64,000 nucleotides of DNA. Origin: Ascidiella aspersa (Eukaryota). Under the pieces are notes generated by a model that saw nothing but the letters and a program-made list of their open reading frames with translations, was not told the DNA's origin and did not search any database. Every line of letters starts with the position of its first letter. Within the stretch, counting starts at the first letter, position 1. The stretch spans positions 18,228,001 to 18,292,000 of the forward strand of contig OZ004615.1 of NCBI GenBank assembly GCA_963924565.1, read 5' to 3'. Made by a program: the position numbers and the translations under genes. Positions 38,701-52,300 of the stretch are shown one piece after another.

Positions 38701-40343
38701 TTTAATTCTACGGTTTTATTTTTGGTTTCTTGCCTTGCTTAAGCTTCTGAAAGGTGATTTTCAGCAGCCTCTATTATTTCTTTATTTTATTTTTTAAGAT
38801 GCGTAGCCTACAGCTGTTTTTCTTTTGTTACGCTTTTTTATTTTTGGCTGGCAACATTCCGAGAGGTGGCGTACTTTCGTTTTTGCATTTTATTTTGGGG
38901 TTTTTCTCTAAAAGTCGGTTTCCGATTGTTCCTGCATTTTTTTTTAATTTTTATAAAGTTATTCGACTTTGAAAAGATTAAACCGCATGTTTTTAGCTTT
39001 TTAAGTGTACAGTGCTTATAGATTGTAAAAGGCGACCTTGTTATGTTTAGCTATTTGCTTCTAAATTCTAAATGCCTGTAATTTCTTTTGATTTGGATAT
39101 TGTTCGGTCAAATCATTGGTAATGCTTTTTCTCAAAACCATTTAACGTGATTTGGTCCCGTTATCACCAGAAAGTTAAAAAAAAAAACTCTGGACATTTA
39201 TTCATAGACTCAAATTCTGTAGAATCGAATACTGAACTATCGATATTTGTAGATTTTATTTTGATAAAAAAGGGGCGAAATGAGTAGTAAGACGAAATGA
39301 GTATTTCGTAGACGCGCTGTATTGCTATAAAGTTCGTGAAGGCCTTTTTGTGAAGGTAATGTAAAAGATATGCTACGACATTTGTATTAGTTCATTTCTA
39401 GGCGTTGTCTCTCATTTTCGACCAAGGCCTCTTTCCATGCTACTTTGAAAGGTGAAACGAGGTGCGTATGGCGATGTTTGTCAACTCTACTGATAAACCA
39501 ATGTCTTAGCCAGATAATCCGTCACTGGTAGTCTGCCACTCTTCCCTTCGATCACGATTTGCCATATAGGGAATTATCCTATTAGCATTAAGGGAGAAAG
39601 GCGACCGCAGTTACGATTTTTCTCGCGATATATCCGATAGCGCCGTACTATTCAAGTTGTAGACGATGTTCAGATTGCAATTTTGCCAATTAGTTTTGTA
39701 TATTTCTACAAGGGCGATAAGAAAACAAATCATTTTGGTGTTTTATGCAAAGATTATTTCTACAGATAGTTTGGTAAAGAGGGAACAACCAAAGTGGTGA
39801 ACACATTCGTATGTTAAAAATATGTTATAGCATTAATTATGTTTTTAATGCAAAATTATGTATAACCATTTTTCATATACTGGTATAGGCCTGGCAGGGC
39901 ACTTGGGATAAATAATATAGCTCGCTTATTCGTTCGTAAAACATTTCCTAATTTTAATTTTCCCTGCTTAACCTATCTAAAAATTACGGAATTAGTTTTG
40001 ATTACAATTTGTATCGAATTCATTCAAAATTTACCGCTTCGTACACCGGCAGTGAACAAATTTACAGCGTTTATTTTATAGGTACAAACACCGACATTGG
40101 GAGGCGCGTACTGCTTTCAACAAGCCAATTGCAATTCTATATTTGCTAATTCGGTTTCCTCTTTGGCGTGCGGCGTTATATTACAATGCGTGACACCCGC
40201 AATAGCGTCGAAAATACGCAGATTTTTGTGGTGTAACCCCTGGGCGCTAATACTGTCGTTTCGCGGTTATATCAGGTCGTGGATGTCAAAATAATGTACA
40301 ATGCTAATGGAGAAATGTCTGGCCGAGGTTGTGTCGCGGGCCG

Positions 40344-40380
<37 letters not shown>

Positions 40381-43300
40381 AATGAAGAATTTAAATATGC
40401 AATGATGCAAGCAGTGTATTAGGGGTGCTGATTTGAGTAGATTGGCGACTCTCGTACCTTTTGCAGGCTATTTAGGTGCACTATTATTAGCAATATACCT
40501 CCCAATGAAAAAAACAGTCACTTTTAACCAAACGTATAACAAAGACACTTAAGTAAACGTCCAAATAAGTTCAATAAGCCAAATAGCTTGCACCAAGTTA
40601 GCAGTCAAATAACCTTGCCTTCAAGGTTAGTGTGAAGACTTTTAAAACTATAGTTAGGTGAAATTGACTTCAATAGTGTAATTGGAAAAAAAATTAGCCA
40701 ATTTTTAGGCACAGTTAACTTTCAAAAGCGTTTCTAGAATCATCGACACGAAAAATCATTAAAGATTTTTTCATTTAAAAATACTTGGGGTGCACTCGAC
40801 CTTAGTTATCACAAAACAGTATTAGGATATAGGTATTAAACAAGGTAATTAAAATAGGATTTTCGGAGATCCACGTGTGTCAAGTTGTAGATTCAAAAAA
40901 ATCTTAAAAAATTAAAAAAAATATATATGAATGTACTATGCACCACGGGACACATTGTGGGTTCCACGGGCACATTGTGCCCGAAAATACTTTAAAAAAT
41001 ACTTTATGGGTTAGTTTCTTAAATGCACAGGATGAAGTCTACTTTTATTTCATACAAAATTTCCATATATAAAACAAAACAAGCACCCTTTATGTTATAT
41101 CAAGGGTACGCTGGCACAGAAGAAAATCCTATTGGGTGATCTATACAGCGCATAAATACGCGAACGCTGCAAGTTTCGTTTATAAACGGGGCAAAAGCAT
41201 CCGGCCTTCCAATTCCGTTTCTTAACGAATCGGTTTGCAGCAACTATAGGCAGCACACGTCGGTTCTGCTGACGCCCACAGCACTCTTAGTCACTTGCAT
41301 TTTTCAATATTTTTCAACTGTAGTTTCCCTTGCAGCTATTTGGAGACGGGGACAATGGAAAGGATGTCGACGTGTTCCAGGAAGAACGCCTCGACGAATC
41401 AGCCTTCTCCGCTGGTGAGTGGACTTTCAATTTGCTAATGTATTGTCTCATGAAATGGCCTATTGTGTTCGATTTAATGAAGCCGAGCGTTGTTGCAATC
41501 GTAAGTGCTCCTCTGTCCTTGTGCATATACATACACACTATGTATAGAGTTGTTCAGCGCTTTTACCGATTTTGCATTGAACGTCGCTTTTTTAGTCGGT
41601 TGGAAATTACCGTTTGACAACTACGTGGGCACAAAAAAGAAATGATTAGTTTATTTTGAAATTTAAAAAAATTAAAAAATAAATTAAAAAAAATTTGACC
41701 AAAGGCTTTCCTCTATCAACTATGTGTCTTTGAGAAAACCTCTTACATTAGCAACGAAATTTCGCCCTAAAAGGTCTAGATGTATCGTTTTATGTTGCAT
41801 GTTGACTTCCGAGCTTTTTGAAGGTTTATTGATATCCACCGACAATATTAACCAAATTTGACAAGAAATTGACCGCCACGAATTCCTAATTTACAACGAC
41901 ATTCTTCAAGTTTATATTCTCCTTAAGGATGTGAGATGCCACACAACTCACCAATGTTAAAGCGTGGCTCTTTTTTCAATGGGCCAGCGAAACTAGGAAG
42001 TAATATATGCCCGGGGATGGTCCACACCTCCTATCGGCAATGTGTGACGTCACGCAACCTTGCGTTCTGCAGGGTGACGTCACGCCTGCTATTGTGTCGT
42101 GACAGCACGAGCCGGCGTCATAGCAGGAAACTGGGCGCAATTGGGAAACTCCTTTAGATTCTAGACGGAAATGATGCAAGGGCTGCAAGTTGTAAATTGA
42201 GATGGCTTGGATTGCAAAGGTTGCCTTTGAATGACGAGGAACCGGATTAAGACTCACGTTTTAACCTTGGCCAGAACGAATTGTGGCATTGGCCCGTAAA
42301 CTTCCACAATCAGAATCAAACGAAAAGGAAAATATAAAAGGCAGAAAAAGTTGTTAAAAATTAAATCGTTTTCCTTGTACTGCCGAATCCCATATTGGAA
42401 TAAGATAGTTTTCAAAGAAACAGCGTGGATGAGAAGTAAAGGTGCAACTAGTTTGTAAACATAGTGTATCGGCGATTTATTATGCGAGACGAACCGCGTG
42501 TTTGATGCATGATCTTCGTTTAACTTCTTTATGGCGGAAACTGCCACTTCTCACAAATTGCCGGGGAACCCGAACTGGGCAGTTTTGTTTACACTCGAGA
42601 ACAAAAAAAACCTTGTGTCGCGTTGAGGTGATCGTCGCACCATCGCTTATTCTTTAACCCGAGTTTATACGCCTTTTCAAAAACATTTTTCCAAAAGGTA
42701 ACTTTACGCCCTTTGCGCCCACTAGCGGAAATACACGCCAATCATTAACTTTATTAGAAGAAAAAAATTAATTGCGTCGGGTAGCTAAAGTTTTTGGCGT
42801 ATTTTTGCGAGCCGTTGTGCATAATAATAAAGATGTGTATGAAACGTACTTTCGAATTTAGAGAATCTTTTGCAGAACATAAATTAGAAAAAAATGTGAT
42901 TGGTTAATAAGAGATGTGTTGTTGACTGTGACTTATTAAATACAGTAAATGCACGATTATTTTTTGAAGAGAGGAAGAAATTTAAATTACGCCGTTCAAG
43001 AATTAATCTTTAGGAACGTCCACACAGCATTACACCTGGAACAATTTGTCTACCCAGACAATTGAACATTCACACTAAAATGTTTTCAAATGATGTATAC
43101 ACACATTACGCGCTTTCTAATATTCTGAATCGCATAGTTTTGCCACTCTATCAGCAGTAGCGCTACAGTTGCAAGCGGTGCCAGTGTGCCACCCAACTCG
43201 GACGCGAACATCCGTTAATCGGCTCGCGAAACCTAATCCCGAAAGCGCTAAACCTTGGTCGCCTTTTCGCCAAATCGAGCGCGTCAACTTTTGCTTCTTG

Positions 43301-46300
43301 ATGGATTGCGACGAGCAGAACGCCGATTGTTTACGTTTAAATTTGGCCGCAGTTGCAGCAACAGCATGCAATCTGCATTGTTCAAACGCCCACTCGCCTT
43401 TCCACCTTTGTTACGTCACTAACGAGCGGAATTAACGGTACAACGCGCTGTTGTCAGCCCTGTACACCGTACAAGCCCACGCTCGCTTTCCCTCGCGCGA
43501 GAGACACACACCAGACTATATTCAGGTCGTATTGCAGGCTATGTATGGCAGCAACTCCTAGTTGAAGTCAGCTTAAGCTCAAATGCACGATTTCGCGGTG
43601 TGTATTCACCTTGAATATATCCGATGGAAATGGCTAAAGTAACGCGGATTTTGCACCACAATAAAGTCGCGTAACGTGTGAAGGTTAATGCTGCCTCAAG
43701 CTGCATTTTCTGTACCAGGGCGATTTTTTCTATTACGGGTGACAAGGTAAAAAATTGATTATATATCGTATTCGTATCGATGGTGTTTGTTAAACCGATT
43801 AGTCGGCCACATGAAAATGTTGGCGGATGTTTAAGAGTATATTTGCTGCTGCTTGCCCTAGTTCACTTTACTCCCTAAAACGTGTAATGCATCAGCTTAA
43901 AAGGGCATTCAGTGACGATCCGTACTAGAGTGGCACAACGTAGCAACTGTGTCGGTTTCAAGCGGTTCCAGCGAATCAATTGAAAGGTCCCGACATTTGC
44001 GGCCTAGCCCTCTGCTCTGTGGTCGCGTTTCGGATGATCTTCGGCATTTCGCGGTGCGTTTTGCGTCACTTTTAAGCCGGTTCAGTTCGAATTAACTGCG
44101 GGCCGGGTTTCTGCTTACTGGGCGTGAGCCCTCGGAACGTCAACAATACACGGCGCCGCTCGGGATTAGCGTTTAAAGGGAAAATCGCCTTGCCGACGCG
44201 ACGTCGCAGCAGCGCTGATCGACGTTTGTCAAGTTGTTGATTGTGACGTCATCAAAAAAAAATTAGGTGGCGCGTTGGGGTGTTCCGCTGCGCCACCTAG
44301 CGCATAAAAGTATTTATTGTTTGCTGAGTAAAACTTATTCTTGATTCCCTATCGGAATGTGATTTAAACTAGGAATGTCTGATATTTCCTTTTATCCAAT
44401 ATTCAATATTTTAGACGACGTCATAAGTTTGGTTAAACGAGTCAAATAGTTGAAAATGAAACATGCATAGGTATTTTTACAGGTCATTAGGTCAAAATTA
44501 GCTCAAGCTTCAAGTAATTGAGTTACTTTTAGTTGCTAACCTATTGTTTTTTTAATAAATTAACCTTTCAAAGTAGAAATATGTGTGTTGTATTGCAATT
44601 CAAGCAGCAATTTCTGTAGAAAGTTGGTATCGGGTGAGTAGTGTAATACTACAAATTGGTATCGAATATGAGCACAGATCCGATAATACCGGACATCCAT
44701 ATTCTAATTCCTTTTCATTGCTCGCAACAATTAAGTTCCTTGTCAGTTCAAGAAAGGTGAAAGTTATGATTCATGCATATCTGTTGTGTTGTACTATAAT
44801 TGCTGTATAAAAGAGGGCGAATTAGTTCGTGGTACGATTTTCTTTCCTTATAAAGTTTCGCCAGAAGTATACGGCATGCTGTCTGTCGGCAGTGACATCA
44901 CGAAACAGGCTAAATCGGATCCCATTACTGCATGTCTTATTAAATAATTGATATTGGCAAGGTCTGAGAAGGCTCGTTTTCTTGGCGCGCACGTTTTTTA
45001 CTTCTAGCGTTTGCTTTTCGGGGAGGAAACGTCTTTTTTTGTTCAGTCGCGCGCGTTTTTTCTCCTTGTGTGAACGTGCGCGAAGTGTCTGCGTCTGGCC
45101 GTTTTTCATGTAATTCGCCCGAAGTGTATTCAGTTTGGAAAAGGCCAGTTGGATTAGGCTTGTGCATGTGTTGTTCAAGCGTATGATTTCCTAGACAGGT
45201 TTAACGTCTGCTCGTAATCAAATAACGTTAGTAACTTTAGGATAGCGTTTAAAGTAGTTCTTTGCCTGTTTTTAGCACAGAAAAAGCTGTATGATATACA
45301 TCTTACAAGATTTGGCTTCTTGTAGGTTTCTTATGATACAGGGCGTTTAATTGTATATTGTTTTGCCGAGACGTAAAGCGACGGAGTATACCCTGTAGTG
45401 CGAAGGATTTCGAAGGCCGGCTCAAACCCTCTGCTTTTCCACCGAGGCATGAAAAGCGCCGACAACTGCTGTCTGACGTCACAAACGGGTAAGCTAGGAG
45501 AAGCGGTTGTGGCCGCTAGCGGCGCCACGCTGCTGCTGCTGTTGTTGTTATTGTAGCGCCCGGTTTTAGAAACGGGGGCTTTGCGTGTGACGCATAGTGT
45601 GTTGTTTGAGGGTGTGGAGAAATTGCATGTCTGTCTTGAACCGATGGGCCGAGACCTTTTATTGGGTGCTGTATTATGTGCACACCGCCGCACTTCTGCG
45701 CAAGATGCTTACCTGGTTCAGACGTAGAAAAGATACCAATGCCTTTACATAAGTATGTAGCATTTTGTTAAGGTTTTGATTAAATCTTTATTCATTTTCA
45801 CCATCAGATGACAAACAAATGCTACCTATTGTTGTATAGGCTCTTGAATTTTGTTCTACGTAACTATACCTCCAGCCAATATACATATACCTGGTATTCT
45901 TTATAGTTATGTAATACATTCGAAAACTTACTCTTTTAACCTGGTGCGAACTCAGCCCAAACTCGACCTAAAATTCATGACGCATTTGCGCGGTCTTATC
46001 GCTTTATGGCATAGTTTTTTACGTGCGCAATCGTGGCAAACCTGTCTCGTTTGACGTGATTCTCGCCAAGCAACTTGAACAGACGTCATGAGTACACCTG
46101 AAAAAGGAAAAGTTTAGATAAGGAACACCAAAGCGAACTTTTTCCAAATTGCTCCGTTCTGCCATTATGCAGAATTTTTTATTTTCCAACTTAACTTGCC
46201 TGACGACTTTAAATACCGAACATATCATAGAAAATGGTAGCCGACTGTTTAGTACAAACTGGCGGTATTTATCCAGCTTGTTCCCGAGGTTCCGACGCTC

Positions 46301-49300
46301 AACAAGTCAGTGTTTTTAAACTTGAGAGGAATAACTTGCAGGTTGCATATCTTTTAGTTTTTGTTGGCAAACTTGTTGAAATTAAACAGCATTAAACAGC
46401 GTAAAGTAAGAATTGTGCACTAAAAGTGACTGATTTTTTAACTTTATTTAAGTTACTAACGCAGAACCGTTTTGTCAAACCACTTTGATTGATGTGAGAC
46501 TCGACATTCGTTCATAAAGAGATATATTTACTACTTTCGTTACAAACGTGTGAATTGCATTGACATGATGCCTTAAAACAAACATTCATGGCCTAACTTG
46601 TTAATTCCTAAAGATATTTTCCTATGTGTTGATCAGAAGTAATCTTCAGTCCGCTAAAAGGATGTAGTACACAGTAAGTAAATCATCTTTAAATCAGGAA
46701 TCGGTCCTTGCCATTAATTCAGTCACGTCGGTGTGATTTGTTGCTCACGTCTCAGGCCTGTCGGATGTGCTTTACAAAGTGAAAAATTACCAGCGCTTGC
46801 AAACATCGTATTGCTTAAACAGCGACATTGTGTGGTGACTGATCAGTTTGCCTTACGCCTAAAAAAGATATTTTGTGCGGTTTAACAATAAACTATTTAG
46901 TTTAAAATTTTGGAGCATAATGGTTGGAAGTTGTAGTAAGACGTAATAAGAATATCAAAGCCCATACAGAAGTAGGTATCATTTTGGTCGTTTCGAATAA
47001 CTCTTTATTCATTTTCAACATAGTTTAAAATGTTTTTGACAAAACTTTGTTCATGTCGTGGTGCCATCTATATTCCGTTTTTATTCAAAGCTTCCACAAT
47101 TGTTTTCGGTATAGTTGTAGTTGAAATAGCGTCGACCCTTTGGCAGAGACAGTGGATTAAAGTCATCTCTCCCCTGCCAAGTTATGTATTCCAACTGACA
47201 GGATTTTTTAATTATAATAGGTCAAAGTTAATCGGCAATTCATCTGAAAAACTCGAATATGGTTACATTTGTTTTTAAGTTTTTTAAAAATATGTTTAGA
47301 TTTGCTCTTTTAAGTTTCTTTTACGTATCATCATGTAGAAAAACATCCGTAACGCACCAGATCGCTAACGTTATATTCGGGAACCCTAAAGTGTTTACTT
47401 TGTATTTTCTCTTCGTCGACTTGTCATAGGCTGCGAGTCAATGCAGTTAAAAAAATCTGAGTTAAACTTTCTGTCAACCCGCTAGAAACGAGTCGTGCAA
47501 TGAATGCTCGCTTCCCGTGGGCTTGGCGCACAAACGGTGCTCAGAAAAAGATAGATATACCGGTCAGCCGAACTCCTTCCTGTCCTTACGTCACCCTGTT
47601 GCCTCGTAACGTCACGTCAAATCTTAGCAGAGCTGCTGCCACAATGAACGGTGGGATGTGCAGCTCGTGTGAGGCGGTCCTTCACATCCAACGCAACACC
47701 CGTGGGCGATCGCGGAGCGCTGTGACGTCTTTCCTATTTGGCTCTTTACAGCTTCTAAAGGGATCCGCGCTTCTGGCTCTCGTGCCTTTGTTCTTCGCTC
47801 TGGCAATCTTTGAAGCGCGCTGCCGGTTTGATGGAACAGTGAGGTGATAAAAACACCGCGCCTTTGAGGAAGCTCGTTGCGATTTTTTATGCGCCTGATT
47901 GTTCAGTTGTTTGTTTTTATTTTGAAAACGACATTGCGAAATGTCAATGTCGTATTGGAGCTGGAGGTTGATCATTAGGTTTTTATTGCCCAGACGTACT
48001 TCTGCTGACTTCATAAAAGTGAGGCTGTATGCATTTCCTCGGTAGCTTAAAAAATATAGCTCTATTAAGATAGAATGTATCTGGTGTCTATTTTTAGCGA
48101 GTGTATCGAATGAAAGTGTAACACGTTGTTTTACGATATTGGGACACTTTTGTATCTAGATCGAGCGATATCTCTTCAAAATTATCTTACCGTGTTCCCT
48201 TTTCACGCTAAAACCAGATTAAGCGTGCTGTTAGTGCCGTAAAATAAAAATATCCTGGACTTGGCCGCTTGCTAATCTCTGCCAGCGGTGCCGCGACGCA
48301 CAAAAGCAAGAAACTCTTTGCTCTTCTGACATGAGCTCTCCGGAATCCCGGCGCCGCAGGGACACCCTGGGCGCCCGGGCCTTTCGCCGGTTCCAGCGCA
48401 TCGTGTCCGTCGCCGACTTTCGGGACCTGGAGTTTTACGCCGAAACGCGCGGCTACCGCGATCTGAACGTCACCAGCAGCACCGGTGGGTTATGCCTTTC
48501 ATTAAAAGAAATAGACGAATTTTGTGAAAATCGTCAGGCTTTTTATACGTTGCATTTATTTTGTAAGGAAACTCACTTGTTTGATTTTTGTTCTGTTGCG
48601 GTTGTTTTGTTCTTAATTGTATAGGTACAATAAATACCCAGAGTTTACTAACGTGTTTACCTTTATCCCGATTACCCAATATACTTTAATATATAAATTA
48701 TATCTCGTTAAGTTCAAACGATTGTTTTGTAGGCTAGTTCAAAAATAAAAGATACGTTATAATCTGTAACCTTAAAAACTGACAATTAGGGATTTCCGAT
48801 AATATCGGATCGGAGCCGATACCCAATGCCAAATGGTAGTATCGGTACTGGCCGATAGCGGGATGATATCGGTGCCGATCCGATACCAAATTAATAAAGT
48901 AATTTCAGACATAATGTGCGTTCAAACGCAGCACTTTCCACCTTTAAGGTTAACTTATTAAGAACGGAAGGGTAACAACTGAAGGTAACTAAACTTTGCC
49001 ATAGCAAACAAAATCTGTTTTCTAGTGAACGTTTTAATTTCGCTTTTTTGATTATTTGAGCATATTAGTTACGTCATTTAGTATCAGATCGGATGGAAAT
49101 ACCTTTTGTCTGTTTATCGGGGTATCAGTAAGTATCAGACACTCACAACCATGGTGAAAAGGAATAGGAAGCCTTTACCAGCCCTTCGCATAAGTATTCA
49201 ACTTAAGCTCGTGGCAATCGTTTGCCTTCAACATATTACGAAAAATCATCAACAGTGTGAAGTTTTTTGTCAGCAGAAGTCATAAAAAATCGCAACGTAA

Positions 49301-52300
49301 ACCGTGTTTAAAATGCGTGTCGTTGTGGCGCCCTCCACATAAGTCGAATTTGCCGCGTTGGTCATGACTAATGACGTAACCCAATTTGTTCCATAAATCA
49401 TTAAATGTATGCACAAAGGCTGGCACGCCGTAACCGGAGAGCAATTAATTTCGAATTGGTGAGGAATATCAATCGCCGAAAGGTTTGCATTTTGTTGTTG
49501 TCGTTTCCTTGACAAAGCCTGTTCCGAATTAATAACTGAGTGTTTATTAGTAGAGATAGCATCAATTTTCTCACGACCACCATAAATGTGGATCTGCAAC
49601 TTTAACGTTTACCGGCTTTTTAAAATGGACGTTACGTATAAAAGTGATAGCTGAAATTTTGAAATTTTAAAGAAGAGTTCAATTAACGCTTCGTTGTGGG
49701 ATGATTTGTCTCGTCAACATGATTCACCGTTAAAAATATACAGTAGGAAGAGACTCAAGCACCTGTCTGTTTCTCTGATCAACACTGTGTCTGTTCTTCA
49801 GTGATTTTGAAGTTTCTGTCCTATTTCACTTCACTATTACGTGGCATTGTGTCTCGGGTTGCTTTGCGGTTACGTTAAGTTGAGAGCGCTTTTTTCAGAC
49901 AAAAATTTCCGTTTCTTATTTGAACGATAAAGACTTGTTTAGGTAGACGGTATATTTAGCGTAAGACGTTGTATTTGGCACAGGCAGACGAGAAAAGTGC
50001 GTATCTGCAGTGTATTTAAAGTGTTTATTTTTTCGATCCGTTAATATCACTGTGGTAACCTCGTAAAATACAGTCAGTATGTTAACTAGATATTAAAATA
50101 GCATAGCGAACTGGTTTGTACTATAGGACATTTAAGACAAACCACATCAACCTGTATTATAACCAAAAGTAACGAGCAGGTAGAACTTGTAGTACAGCCT
50201 AATATATATGCAGCGTGGAGTCATTTATCGCCAAAATTTGTACGAACAACGCAAACAGGGGGTGTGAAGTATCATCCACAGTTTTTCAGTAAGTGCAGGA
50301 GTTTGACATCGTCCGTTAATCTTAGAAACTTTAGTCAGATTATAAGTAACTCTTGATTATTAGCGCAGTAACAAATACTTTCCTTTTAGAATTTGCAGAA
50401 AGGTGGCCAATCACTGTTATAGAGGGATCCCGGTACTTCGTCGCCATCAGTAATACATTGAAGTCCACCCGTCCGTGTAATGCGTCATATACCTGCTTAC
50501 GGCGACTTTAAGCGCTTTATTCGCCCTGCGGGTTGCCTATTCAACAACCGGCATAAGCCAAAGCTGCAATAATCCGAGCTACACTGGAGCTAAACGTCTA
50601 TATTTAGGAGCTTAGTCACACGCCTCTGTCTGCTGACCCGCGCCGCCTTTTCTATTGTGCTAGGATTCGTTGGGTGGTCTTGAGACCGAGATTGGCGAAT
50701 ACATTTAGGCCCACTACCCCTTCCGAGTGTCCCATGCTGCGGCATGCGGTAAATAGCGGTGTAGCACGAAACAAAATACTCAACACGTGTGTGTTTTTGT
50801 TTTTTTTTGCTATTTGTTCTTCAAACCACGTCGGTTGTGTTCCTTTACAATAGGTTGGGTGAGAAACGAGTAAGCTTCCTGCCTTCGATTTTTAGATTGC
50901 GGCTAAGGAATCTTAGTAGGAGACAAAAATTATCCGATGTCAAAAAACTCAAGTACTGAAACTTGACAGGAACATGTCTACAAGCTTATAGAGCAAGACC
51001 AGACTGCACAAAGCAATATATGTCTATGTATTGACAATATGTTACATTTTGGCTGTAATTCGCTTCGGAGTATTCGGATAAACGCGTTTGTGAGCAACTT
51101 TGTTTGCTGTTTGTCGAGCATTCAGAGAGCTAATTTTAAAGAGTGTTAGTCACCGGAAGAGAGACGTTAAGTTATGCTAAATACACGCGTCTGCATTTAA
51201 ATCGCCCCACGCTAAATGACAGGAGTCATATACCGCAGCTGGGCTACCGCGGCGCCGAAAGGAATGCGTTACTCAAAAGACTATTTTAAAACGCTTTCGA
51301 CTATCCAATTATCTTGGGGTGCATATTTTTTAGATTTGGCCGCAATTTTAATCAACCAATTTTACTTACAGTGATAATCGGTTAGTGTACACAACGGGAT
51401 GATAAAGCACGCTTTTACCCCTGCGATATTCATCCAGTTGGAGTACATTGCTCGTTCATCCAGTTCATATTTTAAAGTTAGTTCCAATTTACAGCTAGTT
51501 ACATTATTTTGCTGTAGTAGTAATGGGTATCCTGAACAATGTAGATAGCTTACACTTGAGTTGTAGATTGCACACCAGTCGTCAGGAGTACCAAGAAACA
51601 ACGAGGCTAAACTGACTTTTTACGAATCAAAACTGGCTTATCCAAGTTTAACGTTTGACGAAAATCAAACGTCCAAATGTGCATTTGAAAGTGTTCTTAA
51701 GCCTCCAGATTTACGCTAGATCGAGAAAGGTCCACTTAAAATCGACCCGAACCCGACCCACCGGTCACCTCGACCGCTTTACACCATATGGAAGGCCACT
51801 TGACGTCCGCCTGCCTTTTGCAGAAATTGTGTCAGTCTCACCGCCTCGTTTGAAGCGAGCGCGTGTGCCCGGAAGGCAAATTGACCGACGAAAACACGCA
51901 CAACCACGCGGCTCCTTTGCCCACAATCATTCTGCCGAGCCCTCGCCTTGCTAGCGTGATTTGTGCAGTTATACCTCGTTTCGTAAGAGTCCACCTCGCT
52001 CCGTTTTGTTGCTTGGCTGATTTGTTGTGATAGATAGGATGATGGGAACCCGAAGTCGTTTTTTATTGACCGCCCGGGACAATAATGTTTTCTTTAGGGC
52101 TTTGGCAATTGCTGCCCTTTTGACAAAAAAATCAGGTTAAGCCGTCAGCCGCTTGACCAAAGTGCGATTCAGTTTATGTACACTTTGGTAGAAAGCGTAG
52201 TTTAAGGACCTCAAATGCCCGAAATCGTTTTAGGTTGGTTATTTACCGATGAGGTTACAGTTATCGAAAAGCCAAAGGACATTTGTCGCGCGTTAATGAA

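Noticed and set aside
40315-40423. Poly-Q mini ORF over the (CAA)12 tract as an extra first exon
   Set aside because: No good donor and a stop follows quickly; a plain microsatellite explains it.
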